From: Chrysomallon squamiferum
Lineage: Eukaryota > Animalia > Mollusca
NCBI GenBank assembly: GCA_012295275.1
Contig: CM022665.1
Span: 41,292,001-41,356,000 of the forward strand
Length of the DNA: 64,000 nucleotides
Direction of reading: 5' to 3'
The notes under the pieces were generated by a model. That model worked only from the letters and a program-made list of their open reading frames with translations. It did not search any database and was not told where the DNA came from. Shown piece by piece: positions 1 through 29,956 of this stretch (its first letter is position 1; each line of letters opens with the position of its first letter). Position numbers and translations under genes: made by a program.

Positions 1-160
1 GTTGTGAATGTTTCAGAAACAATTCACGTTGCCTGCTTTTCTTTCGTTCTACTTTTAAAATATAAACGTTTCAAATAATAAATAGGTGTTTATTTTTTTT
101 GTATGACTTTAAATAAAAATTATTTTTCAAGTACAAATTAAAAATAACACACCTAAAGGA

Positions 161-198
<38 letters not shown>

Positions 199-787
199 GT
201 AAGCTTCTTGAAAAGCATTTTTAAATACAATTATGATTTAAAAATATTACATCCTGAACATTTGATCTCTCATTACAAAACAAAATCGTAGGAATTTAAA
301 ATGATTTTATATACGATGACGCCCTTTTCATTTCCCCACTAGCTACAGAATATGTCTCTGCTTCCCTAATACTGAATTTACGACTTCTGTAACAATAGCA
401 GTAAATGTCATTAAGTGGCTAGCCAGTACGGAAAATACGTAATGTCTTCAAAGCATTACGTGATGTTTATCGTGTGTGACAAGAAGTCGACAGATCACCG
501 ATATGTTGAGTTCAATTAACTGTAGAAAATTACTTGTTTTTGTTCTCACACGCACTGCGTATCACTTTCTAAATTTAGTCAAAGTCTAAATAGCTTGTTT
601 CTTGAAAGTTCAGAGATAAAAAAGAATTCTAATTATAACAATCAACTGATGTTGCAGATTATGTCATACGGCAACTGAATGACCATTGATACTGAAATTA
701 GTGTTCCAACCCTATAAACACTGTTAATTTATCGATACATGTTATATAGGTTTTTCTTTCCTCAGTAGTTCATTTTAGAGAAAAGTA

Positions 788-1091
788 CAGGTACCGGACC
801 AATTATCCGGACTCCATGGTGCCTGGGTCATTCCGGATTTCTGGATTTTCCGGTTTTCTGGTACCAAGGCATCTAAATACGTAAATAATTAGGCATAAAC
901 ATTTTAAAATTAAAGAAAATTGACGTAAACAATGCGGCGAGTGAATGAATGCCACGCGGCTTGAAAGAGTAGTTCCGATCTGGTGAGGACAACACCTGTG
1001 CACTCGAACTATGAAAATAGCGTCGGGAAAAAACTTCCGGTTTTCTGGTCTTTCCGGATTTCAGGACGCCGGATAATTGGTCCGGTACCTG
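788..1091. mobile_element. MITE, Tc1/mariner (pogo/Tigger-like) non-autonomous DNA transposon, 304 bp
   Basis: Perfect 23-bp terminal inverted repeats CAGGTACCGGACCAATTATCCGG (788-810) / CCGGATAATTGGTCCGGTACCTG (1069-1091). Flanked by TA on both sides (786-787, 1092-1093). Subterminal TTCCGG(A/T)TTT(T)CTGG repeats inside; no credible ORF. Confidence 0.85.
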
Positions 1092-1397
1092 TAATAGTAA
1101 TTTAAAAAAAGTAATTGATGAAGATGATGTTGTTGATAATAATAATAATAATAACAAATGTTTAGAAAAAAGAAATTATTTTAATTTTATATTTGTTATT
1201 TATTTATTTGTTTATGTTAGATTCGATATTTATGATAGAAAAGAAATAAAATTAAAATAACAAAACAATTATACATTTTAAATAAAAAAGCCACCAAAGA
1301 ATCATAACTTAATAAAATTTTCGAACAGAGGCTGGAACCGGATTAAACGTAATTCAAAAATTTGCATATACTGGCAATTATTTCACATTCTCTAGAC

Positions 1398-1722
1398 CAG
1401 AGGCGAGCAAACTTTTTTAAAACAGGGACTGGATGCATCTTATAGGAAGAGCTTGAAGGCCAAAATATAAAATGAAAACAAAAAAAAAGATTTCAAAACG
1501 TGTATTTTATGTAAACAGTTTCGACATTACTGATTCGACGAGTGCCTTCGAGACGCCTTAAATTTTAAACTTGAGTTCAACTTGAATAAAAAAAAAAACA
1601 ACAATTGTGTCAACTGATTTTATTTCACTGACTTATATTTTGTTGTCTCGCAGGCCGGATACAATGTTAATTGTGAACAGTTTGGCGGGCCAGACAATAA
1701 ACCTTCGCGGGCCGGATCTGGC
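1398..1722. mobile_element. Degenerate hAT-Charlie-like non-autonomous element
   Basis: Starts TCTAGAC|CAGAGGCGAGCAAAC, resembling hAT-Charlie ends in a TCTAGA-type target. Carries repeated (C)GC(G/A)GGCCGGAT motifs typical of such elements. The right TIR is not clearly preserved. Confidence 0.45.
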
Positions 1723-2671
1723 TAGATGAAATCTTATTAATTTTTGTCCGAGTATTTTACAAGTTAAGAATGAAATTCGTAAGACGAAATTATGCTAATT
1801 TGATATGCGGAAGTACTGCAGATGAGACATGATCGTAATTATTCAAAAAGTAAGAAAAAAATCTAACGAGTATTATGACGATACTCATACATGGCATATC
1901 CGTTACTAATATCTTTATTATGATTCTCTTGCCTTGTTATTTTCCCCACGGCGTTGATGATGCTGATTAATTATTTTTCTAAATAATACTATATTAGCAT
2001 ATCAAGTTTAATTATAACAGTTAGGCACTGGGTATCCACAGAAGCATGCAAATCCCTTTTGTCACGTAAAGTTAAAACCAGAGTACGAACACATTGCACG
2101 TTTTGATTAGCGTACAAACACCGTGGGTAGCATTTAATGATATTCATCATTAACCACAGTTAATAACCTCTTCGAAATGAAACTAATAAAATACTTAAAT
2201 ATCCAGACATATATATTCTGGCTTAAAGTTTGATAGGAAACTATTTTCCGTGTCGTTTTCAACTCGAACTCAAAAAAGGTAGATACCATCAATCAACCTG
2301 TTGTCATGGTGCTCTTAATTCCGAAATTCCGACGTAAACAAGAAGGTTGTCTTAAAATTTCATTTTTTAAAATTCGTACTTAGGTGTTTCTTACTTCTTC
2401 TTTTTTTTTTTTTTTTTTTTTTTTTCAATTGCTTTTTTAATTTTTCTTTTTTTTTTTTTTTTAAATTTTAAACTGTTATTATTATTTATTTCGATTCTCT
2501 TTGATACATCAAACCAAAATGGCTTTGCTGACGTTTCGTTTTGAAGATAAATATATAAAAATAAAATATAATGAGGAAAATTGTAATCTGCTGTAAGATT
2601 TAACTATACTTTTAATCAAGTTTTCACTCGAGCTATTTTATTCTTCATCATATTTTCTCTTTTAATTTTCT

Positions 2672-2706
<35 letters not shown>

Positions 2707-4417
2707 TATTATTTCTTTCATTTCTTTTCTTTTCTCCAACTTTTTTTTCTTTCTTCGATTTTGATAATTAAATCGCAATAAATTCTTATCTTAAAAGCAT
2801 TTTTTTTTTCAGGAATACAATTAATGGTGTTATACTATTCTATGTCCACGAACTCTCTGTTGGTTTCCTGTAATATCTGGTATTTTTAATTAACAGTGCA
2901 GCAATAAATGTGCTACATGGTGCTAATCTTCGTCAGTTTTACGTTTAATTGATATGCTGCAAGGAGATAGTTCGATATTTCAAATAGGATTATTCACTTT
3001 TTCTTTTGAAAAACAAAACAAACAAGAAAAACCAAATTAAAATAGATTTCGTTCGTTTCCTTCTCTTTCTCCTTGTCACACATCTTTGTCTTCATCATAA
3101 TTTTTATCATAATTCTCTCGAATTTTTCTTTTGTCATGATTTTCATCAACCTCTCTTTATTGTCTTGTTTTTTTTTAATCATCATTCTTCTCTTTTTTTT
3201 TTTCATTATTATTTTCCCATATTATTATTTTCTCACCTACATTACCTACATTTTATTTATAATCATCATCATCATCTTCTTTTTTGTGATCATCTACTGT
3301 TTCGTCCATCATTATCATATTAATTTTCTTCTGCTATTGTTGGTTTTTTTTTTTTTTTTTTTTTTGTTTTTTTTGTTTCTTAATTACACCAGAAAGTTAA
3401 GATTTTATTTTATTTCTGTTTTCAAATTGAAAATCTATCACTAATTCTTATTTCCAAATTCTCTGCAGAATATAAGTCATTCACTGATAAAGTTCTTTAG
3501 TAAAAAAAAAAAAAAAGGAAATAGACCTGATTAAATTACTAAGAAAACGCTTTCTATTTTTTTTTTCTCACTACAGTCAACACTATTTTAAAGTCTGTAA
3601 AGTTAGTACGTTCTAATTCGCACATATAAACTTAGCCACTGAAGTGCACACGTACTCTAAAGCACAGTCTCGTAAATAAATGTTTTTATGTATTTGTATA
3701 TTTGTATGTATGTGTATCTGTGTGTCTTTGTGTTTGTGATACTATTTCATGAACATATGTATACGTAGGTATACATACATTCAGTGCAATAGTACATACC
3801 TACATACATAGAAACAAACAGGCAGACAGTCAAATACATACAAACACACACACATACATACATACATATACAAGTACACATACATACACACTCAGAAGGC
3901 GTCACCCACACACACGCACACACGCACACACACACTGCATTCATGTATACCTTTATGCCCTAAATATTTGCACAACTACTCGTAAAAAAGAAAGAAGATA
4001 CAATTGCGCCTGCGGTTAAACAGTGAAAAAAAAGGTCGTGGTGACGACATTATTTTAATTTTCCTTTTACAAATACATGTGTATACGAAGAAAGATGGAT
4101 GGAATGTAAACAAACACCTGACATGTTTTCAGCACACTTAATCAATGTTCTGTACTATAGCTCTGCTGGCAAAACCATCATGGCGGTAACAACACGCTGA
4201 TCCATGTAACCTATGTCAATAATTGCAAAAATTAGCTAAAAAAAAAAAAAAAAAAAAAAAACCAACATGTTTCTAATAAGCAGTTATATTTATTTTGTTT
4301 TGTTTTATTTTATTTCATTTTATTATATTTTATTTTATTTGTTACCTAATTCGTTAATTCTTTCGTTCATTCATCCATCCATTTAAATGAATCTGGTATT
4401 TGGTATTATACGAATAT

Positions 4418-4462
<45 letters not shown>

Positions 4463-4476
4463 GAGAGAGTTACGTA

Positions 4477-4531
<55 letters not shown>

Positions 4532-5313
4532 CTATATGTCAGTTTTAATTATTGTATCTGGAAAACAATTTCATGACAAAATGATCAAATGAATGAATAA
4601 ATGTATGAATGGGCAAATACATTTTTTTTTTTTTTTTATTTTTTTTTTTTTTAAATTCAATTTTATTTACATTAATTAATTAAATCATTCACTGAGTCCC
4701 TCTTCGTCGCTTAGTTTGGCGTAAGAAATTTGTTTACCAATAATTAAATTAAAATCAAAAACTAATCCGCCAACATCGATCCTGTTTCATTGTTAACATT
4801 CAGCTGCCGTCTGTTTCAGCCAATCCCGTGCTTCTAACACTTTCACGTTTATTCCATGCACTCGCCAGGTCGATGGAAGAAGGGTTAACGAAATCCCAGA
4901 CATTTAATAGAAAAAAATATTACAGGTTTCCTCTAACAACGACATGGCGTCAGAAATAACAAATGTCTAATATCGAATAGCCTGTAATGGAAGATTAATC
5001 AATGTGCTCTAGCAGTGTTGTCAAATAAAACAAGACGTAGGAATCATAATAATAAAAAATAAAAAAAAATCTTACAACAGCTGCAGACGAACGAACTGAT
5101 CGTGACATTAAAAAAGTACTCAAGAGTTTATCAAGCAGGCACTGATCCACATTTACTTATGAAATACCAGACGGTAATGCAAGTCATCATCTCTTTAAAA
5201 GGTCTCTAAACATTTCGTGTTTATTTTACATTGGTTGCACTGTCGTAGGCTCTGTTAAAAAGAATTTTGAAGCGTCACATGAACTCCTCTTCCTCTTTCT
5301 GCTGCTGCTGCTG

Positions 5314-5368
<55 letters not shown>

Positions 5369-5660
5369 TACCACTACTAATACTATACTGTTACTACTAC
5401 TACTACTACTACTCCTACTGCTACTGCTACTATTATTACTACCCGTCGTACTAATAGTAATGAAATACATGTACTCTAAAAAGCAAAATTAAAAAGTAAA
5501 ATCAAATTTCCTCGGAATATTACTTTAAGTGAAATCAAAGACGTCTTCTTCAGTTTCCATGGCTGAAGCCTCGGGCTCTCGTCGTGTCTAGATTTCTGTC
5601 ATGTGTCATTTGTCAACAAATCAGTGAACTGAAATTAGTTGTTCTGCGTATGTACGTTTG

Positions 5661-6877
<1,217 letters not shown>

Positions 6878-8579
6878 AAATTAGAATTGATCTTGCTTGT
6901 ACCTGACAGTTGGAACGTATTTCACGTGTCAATAACCGATTCAAACGCCATCTGAATTCAATCAATAATTTCAAGGTCACGATATTTACTTCGTAATGAA
7001 ATAAATAACAGTACAAAACATAATAACAGATTGCTAACGAATAACGGAACCACTTGTATTAATGAGGTATCATTACCATTATTTTAATTTTTTTATTTTT
7101 CTTCTTCTTCTTTTTTCAGTTATAATTTTCATGCTCTTTATAATATAAACAGCTTTTTTCGTTTTTCTAACGATTTAGTAATTTAACGTTGTTGAAAAAA
7201 ATACCGCTTATCGGATATTCGAGGGGGGAAAAAACTTTAAGAAACGAAAAGACAGACTACGTATGTATGTGTTTATGTTTGTCCGTTCGTATGTTTGTAT
7301 GTAGGTAAGTAGGTAGATAGTTTTGCATGTATTTGTGTGTGTGCATGTCTGTTATGTGTGTGCTTCCGTGTATATATGAATATAGGTGTCAGAATAAAAT
7401 AATAATATTTGAGTTTACACAATTTTGAATTCATTAGTTCGTTAGAAAAATATAGAGAGAGGGAAACAGGATGAGAGTAAATATCTGTTATTTATCAAAA
7501 ACCAGTCTTACTTTTGACATTTAAACAAACAAACAAACAAATAAATAAATGATATAATGATGTATCTTTAATCATGAGGTATTACTACACTGAAGAATAC
7601 AAATTTTCCGATACTTTCAACACGTAGAGTTAAACATTAACACGTCGTTATTGGAAAGGAAGTATAGATACATACACACAATATATACAAACATCGTCTT
7701 CACAGTCAGATGCCAATACAAAATGGTATTTACATAATAAATAACTCTGATATATCCTGTACGGAAGTCAAACAAAACAACAAAACACCCGTTTGCCCAG
7801 CCCTTACACATCCTCCAAATGTTGCAAATACAAACACTGATGTTTGACACTGGTGTTTATAATGGTAAATGCAAACATGCATTACCAGGGTATGAAAGGA
7901 TTCATAATATTGACGAAGAAAAGACGAAACGAGAGAAAAACGACTCATTAACGCGATGTTGATGGTAATCAGAAGTACTACAAATTGACGTAAGACTTAC
8001 AGTCTTGCATCAGTTAAACCGTTTGAAACGTGAACGATCAGACACGTTTGTTCTGGGTTCACTGTTGAAAAGTCTTGATTTTTCTGATCGGGTCAGTGTT
8101 AGAGTTTGAAGAACAGAGAAACTTCAGAGTATCTTTGCCATACGGCTCAGCAGTTATATGTTTGCGGGAACTGCTATGGAATTGAACTCTTGTAACATTC
8201 ACGCCGTAGTTTGCGGTATGTTAGAATATTTACGCACAAGTGTTAATATATTATTATAGTGAGATACGAGGACACAAGCTTAGAAACTTAGAGATGACGG
8301 AAAGATTACGAAATAGCATCAGATATTCGACTTATTAAGAGCCAGTGCAAACTGTGAGAAGAGTCCAAGATCAGTTTAATACTTTGATCATCTGGGTTTA
8401 CCATGAAGATGATAGCACAGAATAAAATACACTGATATATAAGACAAAGGATGTGCCTATTATTATAGTCATAATCAGTTAAGATTCAGTATATGTAAAA
8501 ATATTAAATTTCAAATTATCACATACTTCGACTTTAGAATACAAGACAAAAACAAGTTCAGATCCATACACATTCAGGA

Positions 8580-8640
<61 letters not shown>

Positions 8641-9234
8641 TTATTTTAATCTGCTTTGTGAAAACATCAATGAAAATTAATGTCTGTCTTTCTGTTTTCC
8701 ATTGATTTGACCTCAAAGCACTTGAAAAATAATGAAAGGAATGTTTTGTTTCATTCTTTCCATTATTAGCGAGGGTTGTTATCACAATTATTATTAACAA
8801 GTGTAGTGTAATGGACTAGGATAGATTTATTCCGCCAGCTACTCAGTTCACACCATAGAGAACAACAGGTGTCCAAGAAATAAAACTTGGGCAGTTCTCG
8901 AACGATTATTTCTCTTTCTTCTTCTTCTGCGTTCCCAGTGCCAGAGTGCTTATTTAACTCGAGTTCCCAAAGCCAGAATGGACTCGGATCAGATTTTCTT
9001 TTTCCCGTGTTATTCTAATGGTCTGTGTTACCTGATTGGTCGAGATTTGCAGAGATCAGACTTTCAGACCAATCATAACGAGCTTTACATGAAGCTTTTT
9101 GTTGTCAATCACATCGTTATTTCTACGGGGAAAAGAAAAAAACAACAACGTAGCAATAACAAACAAAACAACAAAACAACAACAAAAAAAAAAAAATGAT
9201 AGTAATAATAATAAATTATTAAAAATTAAAAAAA

Positions 9235-9267
<33 letters not shown>

Positions 9268-9936
9268 CAACAAAACAAACCAAAAACTAAAACAAAACAA
9301 CAAACAAACAAACAAACAAAAAACAAACAAACAAACAAAAAAAAAAAAAATTTTTCTCGATTTGTGTTTTTTTGTTGTTGTTGTTGTTGTTGAGGACAGT
9401 ACATTCATTCTGAGTATCTACATATTGACAAAATCATTTTATAGAATGCTGTAATAAATTCAGCTATATTTATCCCTATGATAGTTTACTTTACGGGAAG
9501 CTAAATCCCCACTTCTATAACAACTCGACCCATTACCAGAACAGTAACCTTTCACAAAAACCAGGACCTTATTGAACCGATTTGTCATATTAACCAGGAA
9601 CACACTTTTCTTTAGAGGTAAATCCTACAATCAGTTGAAAAACGTGTTTATTTATGATGCAATTAGCATGTTTAGTTAACTTAATGAAGTAACTGCATTA
9701 GCGTATTGTTGCATTCTCTAGATATTTGTTTATCTAAGCATCTACTCTTTAACCATTGCATTATTTGTAATTGTTCGATATTTGTCATTTGGTCTCCGTT
9801 TTCGTACGCAGTATCAGATTTCACAGAACTCTTGCTTTCATTGAAAACGGTGAACATATTTGAACAATATAGCAGTTTAACTTAATCTTTCTTTCTTTTT
9901 TTTCTTTTTTGTACGTATAATAAAGAATATTACAAG

Positions 9937-9969
<33 letters not shown>

Positions 9970-10510
9970 TTGTGAATTAGGCCATAAAGAAATGGTTTAT
10001 TAAAAATAAGGAATTTATTATCAAAAATGTCATATGGTAAAGTTTACTGCGAATTAAATAAAAATTTAAATGCCAAATTTTATTATGAATAAGATATTTG
10101 TTAGGGAAAAGATCCAGTGTAAAGTTACCAATGTAAATCGAAATTCATCGTGAATTAGGTCAAACGACAAAGTTTACGAATGAGCTCATGTCACAAAGTC
10201 TGTTCTAAATTAGTGTTTATTATTTATTTAAGTCACATTAGACTGATTTAAATCAACCTTTATTGGGTTTTAAGTCATATTCAAAGTTTTCTGTGAATTA
10301 AGTCAACGTTTGCTATGAATTAGGTCATACGACAAAAAGGTTATTATGATTTAGTTAGTATAACAAAGTTTATTATGAATTAGGTCATATGACAAAACAT
10401 TTTATTAGTTAGGTCACGTGACGAAAGTTAATTTTGAATTAGATATTTATTATTCAAAGTTTTGCTGTGAATCAAGTCAAAGTTTATCATGAATTACAAG
10501 TTAATTTATG
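9970..10510. repeat. Degenerate ~30-bp tandem repeat (consensus ~AAAGTTTATTATGAATTAGGTCATATGAC)
   Basis: Recurrent (A)TGAATTAGGTCA / CAAAGTTT motifs at ~30-bp spacing. Confidence 0.65.
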
Positions 10511-11306
10511 AACGAAGAACGTTTTTCATAAATTAAATTTTATGTTCACTATCACAAGATAGCTTACTCTTAGATATCCTCAAGCCAATACAAATAATAA
10601 TTTCCGAATTTTATATTTGCCCAGACCATCAACATGTATTAAAATAATATAAAAATAAAATTCAGAACAGACGGCAAAAAACATTAAAGTTTTGTTAGTA
10701 AATCTTTTGTGATATTTTTAAAGTTGTATTAAATTTAGCTTCATCTGTGTATTTTGCTACTATTTCTAACGTCATTTCTTAGATCGATAATAATTTGTAC
10801 CATTTTTTTATTTATTTTTTTTATTATTATTATTTTTTTTTATGAATAAATTCCGGATTATTTATATAGGTCACAATCATATTCAGAATTTATGCGAACA
10901 GAGAAGAGTACACAAGTCTTCTTCTATCCTCCTACTTTATTATTAGAAAAGAGTGGCCATTAGAAATAAATGAAATAATAATAAGGAAGTTATACATTTT
11001 CCCTCTCATGTACACCAAATGTATTTTAACGTGATTTTAGAAACGAAATGAATTAATGGCATTAGAGTAACAAACACACTGGTGTCAATCGTCAGTGTGT
11101 TGTAAAGTAAGGTTTAATAAAACATTAACAGAATAATGTTTATTCGGTATCCAGAGGAATGAAATTGAAGAAATGGAGAATTGGTAAATAGGCACTTTAA
11201 CAGACCAGAGAAATCTGGGTTTATAATAACAGTGGCAGTAAAATCGGAAAGATTAAACAAAATCCTTTTATTATCATAGAGATGATGGCTATGTTAAAAA
11301 TACCCC

Positions 11307-11348
<42 letters not shown>

Positions 11349-12574
11349 GTAATGCATTTCTATAAAGATGAAGTATTATTATATTGTTGGAGAAACAAAA
11401 AAATAAAAAATAAAGGAAAACCACACATATTTTGAATGCATACAAAACGGTGAATTTACTCACAATAAAGAGACATAAATAACGTTTTGTTATTTATGTA
11501 AAAACAATTATAATAAAATAAAATCCGACTGGTTATGAAAACATTATCTAAAGAAATTAATAAATGAATAAATGTATGAAAAATATGGATGTATTTTGAT
11601 CAACATGTAATTAATGAGTGAATATTTGTATATCAACATTTAATGAATGAGTGTATATTTCTTTATTGCTATGTAATAAAGATGTGGATATTCGTTTATG
11701 AACATGTAAAGAATGAACGTATATTTCTTTACTGATATGTAATAAAGATGTTTATATTCGTTTAATTACTCAATTAACAAATTAAAAATAATTGATTAAC
11801 ATGAATGGATATTTTTATTTTAACACCGCGAACGAATGGATATTTGTTTCACAACAATGAAGGGATATTTAGCATCTATAAATGCTTGGATTATTACATG
11901 AAGATTACATTTGACTAAATTTTACACGTTTGTGAATGTTTTGCAATAATCGATCGGTCTTAAAACAGTCGTAAACTTAGAACAGTTTTTATACATACCA
12001 TCTCTACGACTTGAAACTAAAATATGTAACAATTTCATTAAATAAAAATATACGTATTTATGTATGTATTACGTTTTATTTCTAACAAATGAACAATCAT
12101 TTATTTTTATGGCCTTTTTCTCAAGATGAGAAGAAAACAGTAGAGATTAATTTTCTGTTTATATTTTTAAACAAATCCAAAAAAAACAAAAAAAAACTAC
12201 TTCGGATGGTATTGATCAAAAGCTGTACATGGGTATTACAAAACAAAATTCCAGATTGTTTACGTTAATTTTTTTTTTTTAGAGATAATTACTAAATGTA
12301 TTTAAAGAAGAAATTTTTAACTGAGATTTTACGTTTTCCTGTTGAGGATAGCGTGATTAACTGGCATCAGTCCATATTAATTTTTTTTTTTTTAAAACGT
12401 AACAGTATTTTATGACTTAATATCAACGTAAATGACGTATTACACTGCCATTTATTTATTTTTTATATATTTTTTTTTTTTCAGACAGGGTACATTAAAT
12501 GTTTTAGACGTAACTGAATTTCATGACTTAATATCAACGTAAATGACGTATTACACTGCCATTTTTTTTTACAG

Positions 12575-25658
<13,084 letters not shown>

Positions 25659-26786
25659 CAACGCAGAGATATAAATGTTTCGCTTCAACGAATTTCATCC
25701 TGTCCAGTGTAACCAAACAAAAATAATGTAATGATATAATTACACGAAACTATTCAGGGAAACTCGCTGCGCTTAACTGTTGTTAACCGTCCAAGGGGAG
25801 AATTACGACAGATTAATTCTGGTGACAAAACGAGAGCCAGTGTAATTGTATGATCAGCTTATATGTCCATTACATTTTATAAGACGATGTTTATTTTGTT
25901 TCAGTTAGAAGCAAAAGGTACCCGGTACTATATATATTTTACATATATGGTCACCATTTATGTTACGTCATAGCTCATGCTATTTGAGTATTTGAGTAGG
26001 TGTTTTTTTTCCTGCGAGACAAATACTGATAACAACACAGCTTTTAATGTGTTTAACATTTCCAGTGTTTTTATTATTTTTTTTAATTTTTTTTTACGTT
26101 ATTTTGATATAACCGGCAGCAGGATTTGTGTGCGAGTCTGGTAATGAGTGGTATTTAAGACTGTCCTTGTTCTTTAATATAAATTGAAGAACTCCGACTG
26201 GTTTCCGCAATGTCAAGGTCAGCTGAGCAGAAACGTGGCAACCACAAAATGGTTGTTAACGTTGTGTTAGTGCCTTTTAAACCTGCTTTTTTTTTCTCTA
26301 TTTTATTCACAAATAAATAATAGGGAATAAAAAAAAATAAAATAAAATCATCATGTTTATAATAATATATTTCAGACGTTGTTTATTGCTTTTATAAAGC
26401 AAAATGACAAAACTGATGTCGCCATTTTCAAGTGGAGGAATATTCTTCACGTGACGTCACAAATTTGATGGACCCCAAAAACACAAAGAATTGTTTTGTA
26501 CGAGTTTTGACTTAAACCAAAATTTGTCTAAGACTGTCGAAGCACTGTGATTTTCATACGTTATATTATTTACTTATTATTATTTGCCGAACTCGAAAGT
26601 AGTAAATGCAAGTGTATTGATTTTGTTTTCGCGTAAAAAAAACAAAAAACCCAGTACATTAGAACTAAATAGTTTGTTAAATAACGTCAATTTATTTATT
26701 ATTCTTTAAAATAAAAACTGTTTACAGTCCAGAAATTAAGCACTACAGAAGTAATTTTGAACATCTTATACATATATATGTATATG

Positions 26787-26829
<43 letters not shown>

Positions 26830-26852
26830 GTGTGTATATATATATGTGTGTG

Positions 26853-26883
<31 letters not shown>

Positions 26884-27316
26884 ACGTGTGTGTATGTGTG
26901 ACTGTACTTAATAACAAGTAATTTATCGAAGTAAATATTGTTCCGTCCCAAAAAGCTATGTTTCCTATTAGTGCCTGAAAATCTAGAAATGTATCTAGCT
27001 ATCTTATCTTGCCAGTACTATATATACATGTATTTGCCTCAAACTACTACTTTATTTTTTTTTTTTTTTTTTGCTTGTTTAATAATGTTGTATGCAGTAC
27101 TATCATTTTTCAGCAAAAGATCCATTTATTGAATGTCCATAACAAACATTTTGAAATATAAACTGTTATAATGAAAACTATTTTTTACAGCTCTTCCTTT
27201 TTTTTTTTCTTTTTCTTTTTTTTATGTTAAATGCACCGTTTTTATAATAAAACTGAATAAAATCAATTACAAAAGCTGCCTTAAATTTTCTTTTATGAAA
27301 TAACAAGTACAAGAGA

Positions 27317-27350
<34 letters not shown>

Positions 27351-27479
27351 AAAATTAATTATAATGAAGTATAATCATTAAAATGTTTTCACTCTTTGCT
27401 TTGGGTTTAGGTCTCTCTTTTTTTTTTTACTTCATCTTATTTTATTTTTATTTTTTCTTATGATAGAGAGAACGAAAGC

Positions 27480-27542
<63 letters not shown>

Positions 27543-27867
27543 AAATAATAAACCTCATGTCTTGAACCAGTCGAGTTTAACAGAAAATGATCGATGGCGT
27601 CAAGAGTTCGTTCCATATTTTCCACATGTTAGGTACGTACGCCAGTAGGTGCATAATAAGGATTGATACGACTTCTGCTGAATCACTGTATTATTTTCAG
27701 TTAATCTACAAGCAGCTGTGTTATAGCATGATGGTTGTTTCTTGTACGCAGTCGAGCTTCTCGTTATAACTGAAGTGTTTCAGTGTGATTGGTGATTCAA
27801 TAATTGTTAGCTACGGCAGAAATTAGAAATATGTCAACAAATTGTACGCCTGTAATTGATAATCGCC

Positions 27868-27899
<32 letters not shown>

Positions 27900-27965
27900 T
27901 AATAAAAAAAATAATAAATAAATATTAATAATAATAAATAAAAAATTAATAAAAAAATAAAATAA

Positions 27966-28024
<59 letters not shown>

Positions 28025-28215
28025 TAATTATAATAATAATAAAATTAAAAAATAATAAAAATTAATAATAATTATAAAAAATTAAAATATATATGTGTAT
28101 ATAATAATAATAATAATAAATAATTATAATAATAATAAAAAAATATATAATAATAACAAAATTAAAAAATAACTATAATTTTAAAAAATTAAAATATATA
28201 TGTGTATATAATAAT

Positions 28216-28253
<38 letters not shown>

Positions 28254-28594
28254 TAATAATAATAAATTAATAATAAATAAATAAAAAATAAGTAGAATTT
28301 TAAAAAAAGAGAAAGAAAAAAAACTGTTCTTCATTTAGCGTATCCATTCATGATATTGAAATTGTTGCCATTCTGAGAAATTAAAGCAGTCATCAGTAAT
28401 CTTGTTTGTTTAAACCTTAATCGAAGTCTCAAAAGTTCCCTTGATAGAACTCGATCAATATTTAACATAGAGTAATGATTTAAAAAAAAAAAAAATTCTT
28501 GATTTTTTAAAAACAAAAAAATATTAAAATAAAAATAAAAATTAAAAGTTTAATGAGAAATATTACTGAACAATAACTGGCTTAATATCAGAGT

Positions 28595-28626
<32 letters not shown>

Positions 28627-29312
28627 TGATAATAATTATAATAGTAGTAATAGTAGTAGTAGAAGTAGTAGTAGTACTAGTAGTAGTAGAAGTAGTAGTA
28701 GAAGTAGTAGTAGGAGAAGTAGTAGTAGGAGTAGTAGTAGTAGTAATGTTATTTTTGTTGTTATTTTCGTTAGAGTCCCTTTTTTGCGTCTCAGATCCAC
28801 TTTTTTTTTTTTTTTTTATTTATTTATTTATTTACTTATTAATTAATTAATTGATTGATTTTAATTTGTATTTCTTTCTTTCTTTCTTTCTTTTTTTCTG
28901 GATTGTTTTTATCTTTTGTTGTTGTTGTTTTTTTGTTTTATCACTACTTGTCCAGCAAAAAATATAATTGTTTTGTTTTCAAAGGAATTTTAAAGGCATT
29001 GTTTGAAAGTTTTCGAATTAACCACTAACAAAAAAATATATATATAATAAAAAAAAACCTAATAAAATAACATAAATAAATAAATAAATAAAAGAAAAAC
29101 AAAAATAATAATTGAATAAAATATAAAAAACACTACAGCATTTGTAACAGATTTTCTTTATAATGGTAATCTGACATTAGTGTTTAAAGGAAATGCTGGA
29201 AACCTGATCTGTGTTGTTTTAATACTTCATGGTTTACGGCTACTGCCACGACGGCCACTGCTGCAACCACTTCAGCGAGGACATCATCTGAACCCCTAAA
29301 TTGAAGAGCTTT

Positions 29313-29363
<51 letters not shown>

Positions 29364-29922
29364 TGGCACGTTGATAAAATGCAAAACCACAATTCGTACA
29401 CGAAACGAAATAATATCAATAAAAAGAAATTATGCTGGCAGACAGTAAAACTTAAATTTTCGATCAATTTTTTTAATTAAAATGTTTTCATTGTTGTAAA
29501 CATCATTACACTCTAGACCTACGATTGATAATGACAAGCCAAATTTTGGTTTCTGCTCGATAATATTGACATTTCTGGTTTTATGAAAAAATTGAATCCG
29601 CTAATTAACGAATCTTTTTTTTTTTTTTTTTTTTAGGTTTTTTTAAGTGGACTCACAAACATTAACTTTTTTGTACATATTAATTGAAATCTTTGAATAT
29701 TCTCCGTCACCAAAATCGATTAACATTTATTATTCTGTATATATGTGAATTGTTTTCGATTTTAAATTTGTATTTCATAGTATACTAGTCGGAAAGTAAG
29801 GCAAACTATCGAATCCAACCCTCTCCCATTAAATAAAATATTAAGTACTTGTACATTACTTTCCTATAATTAGTCCTAATTAATTGATTAATGAAAAAAA
29901 GTTAGCCTTTAATTTTCTTTTT

Positions 29923-29956
<34 letters not shown>

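Noticed and set aside
8158-8215. Candidate first coding exon of the GPCR (MFAGTAMELNSCNIHAVVC, phase-1 GTATGT donor)
   Set aside because: Phase fits, but it is not a convincing signal peptide and other equally weak candidates exist; needs RNA data.
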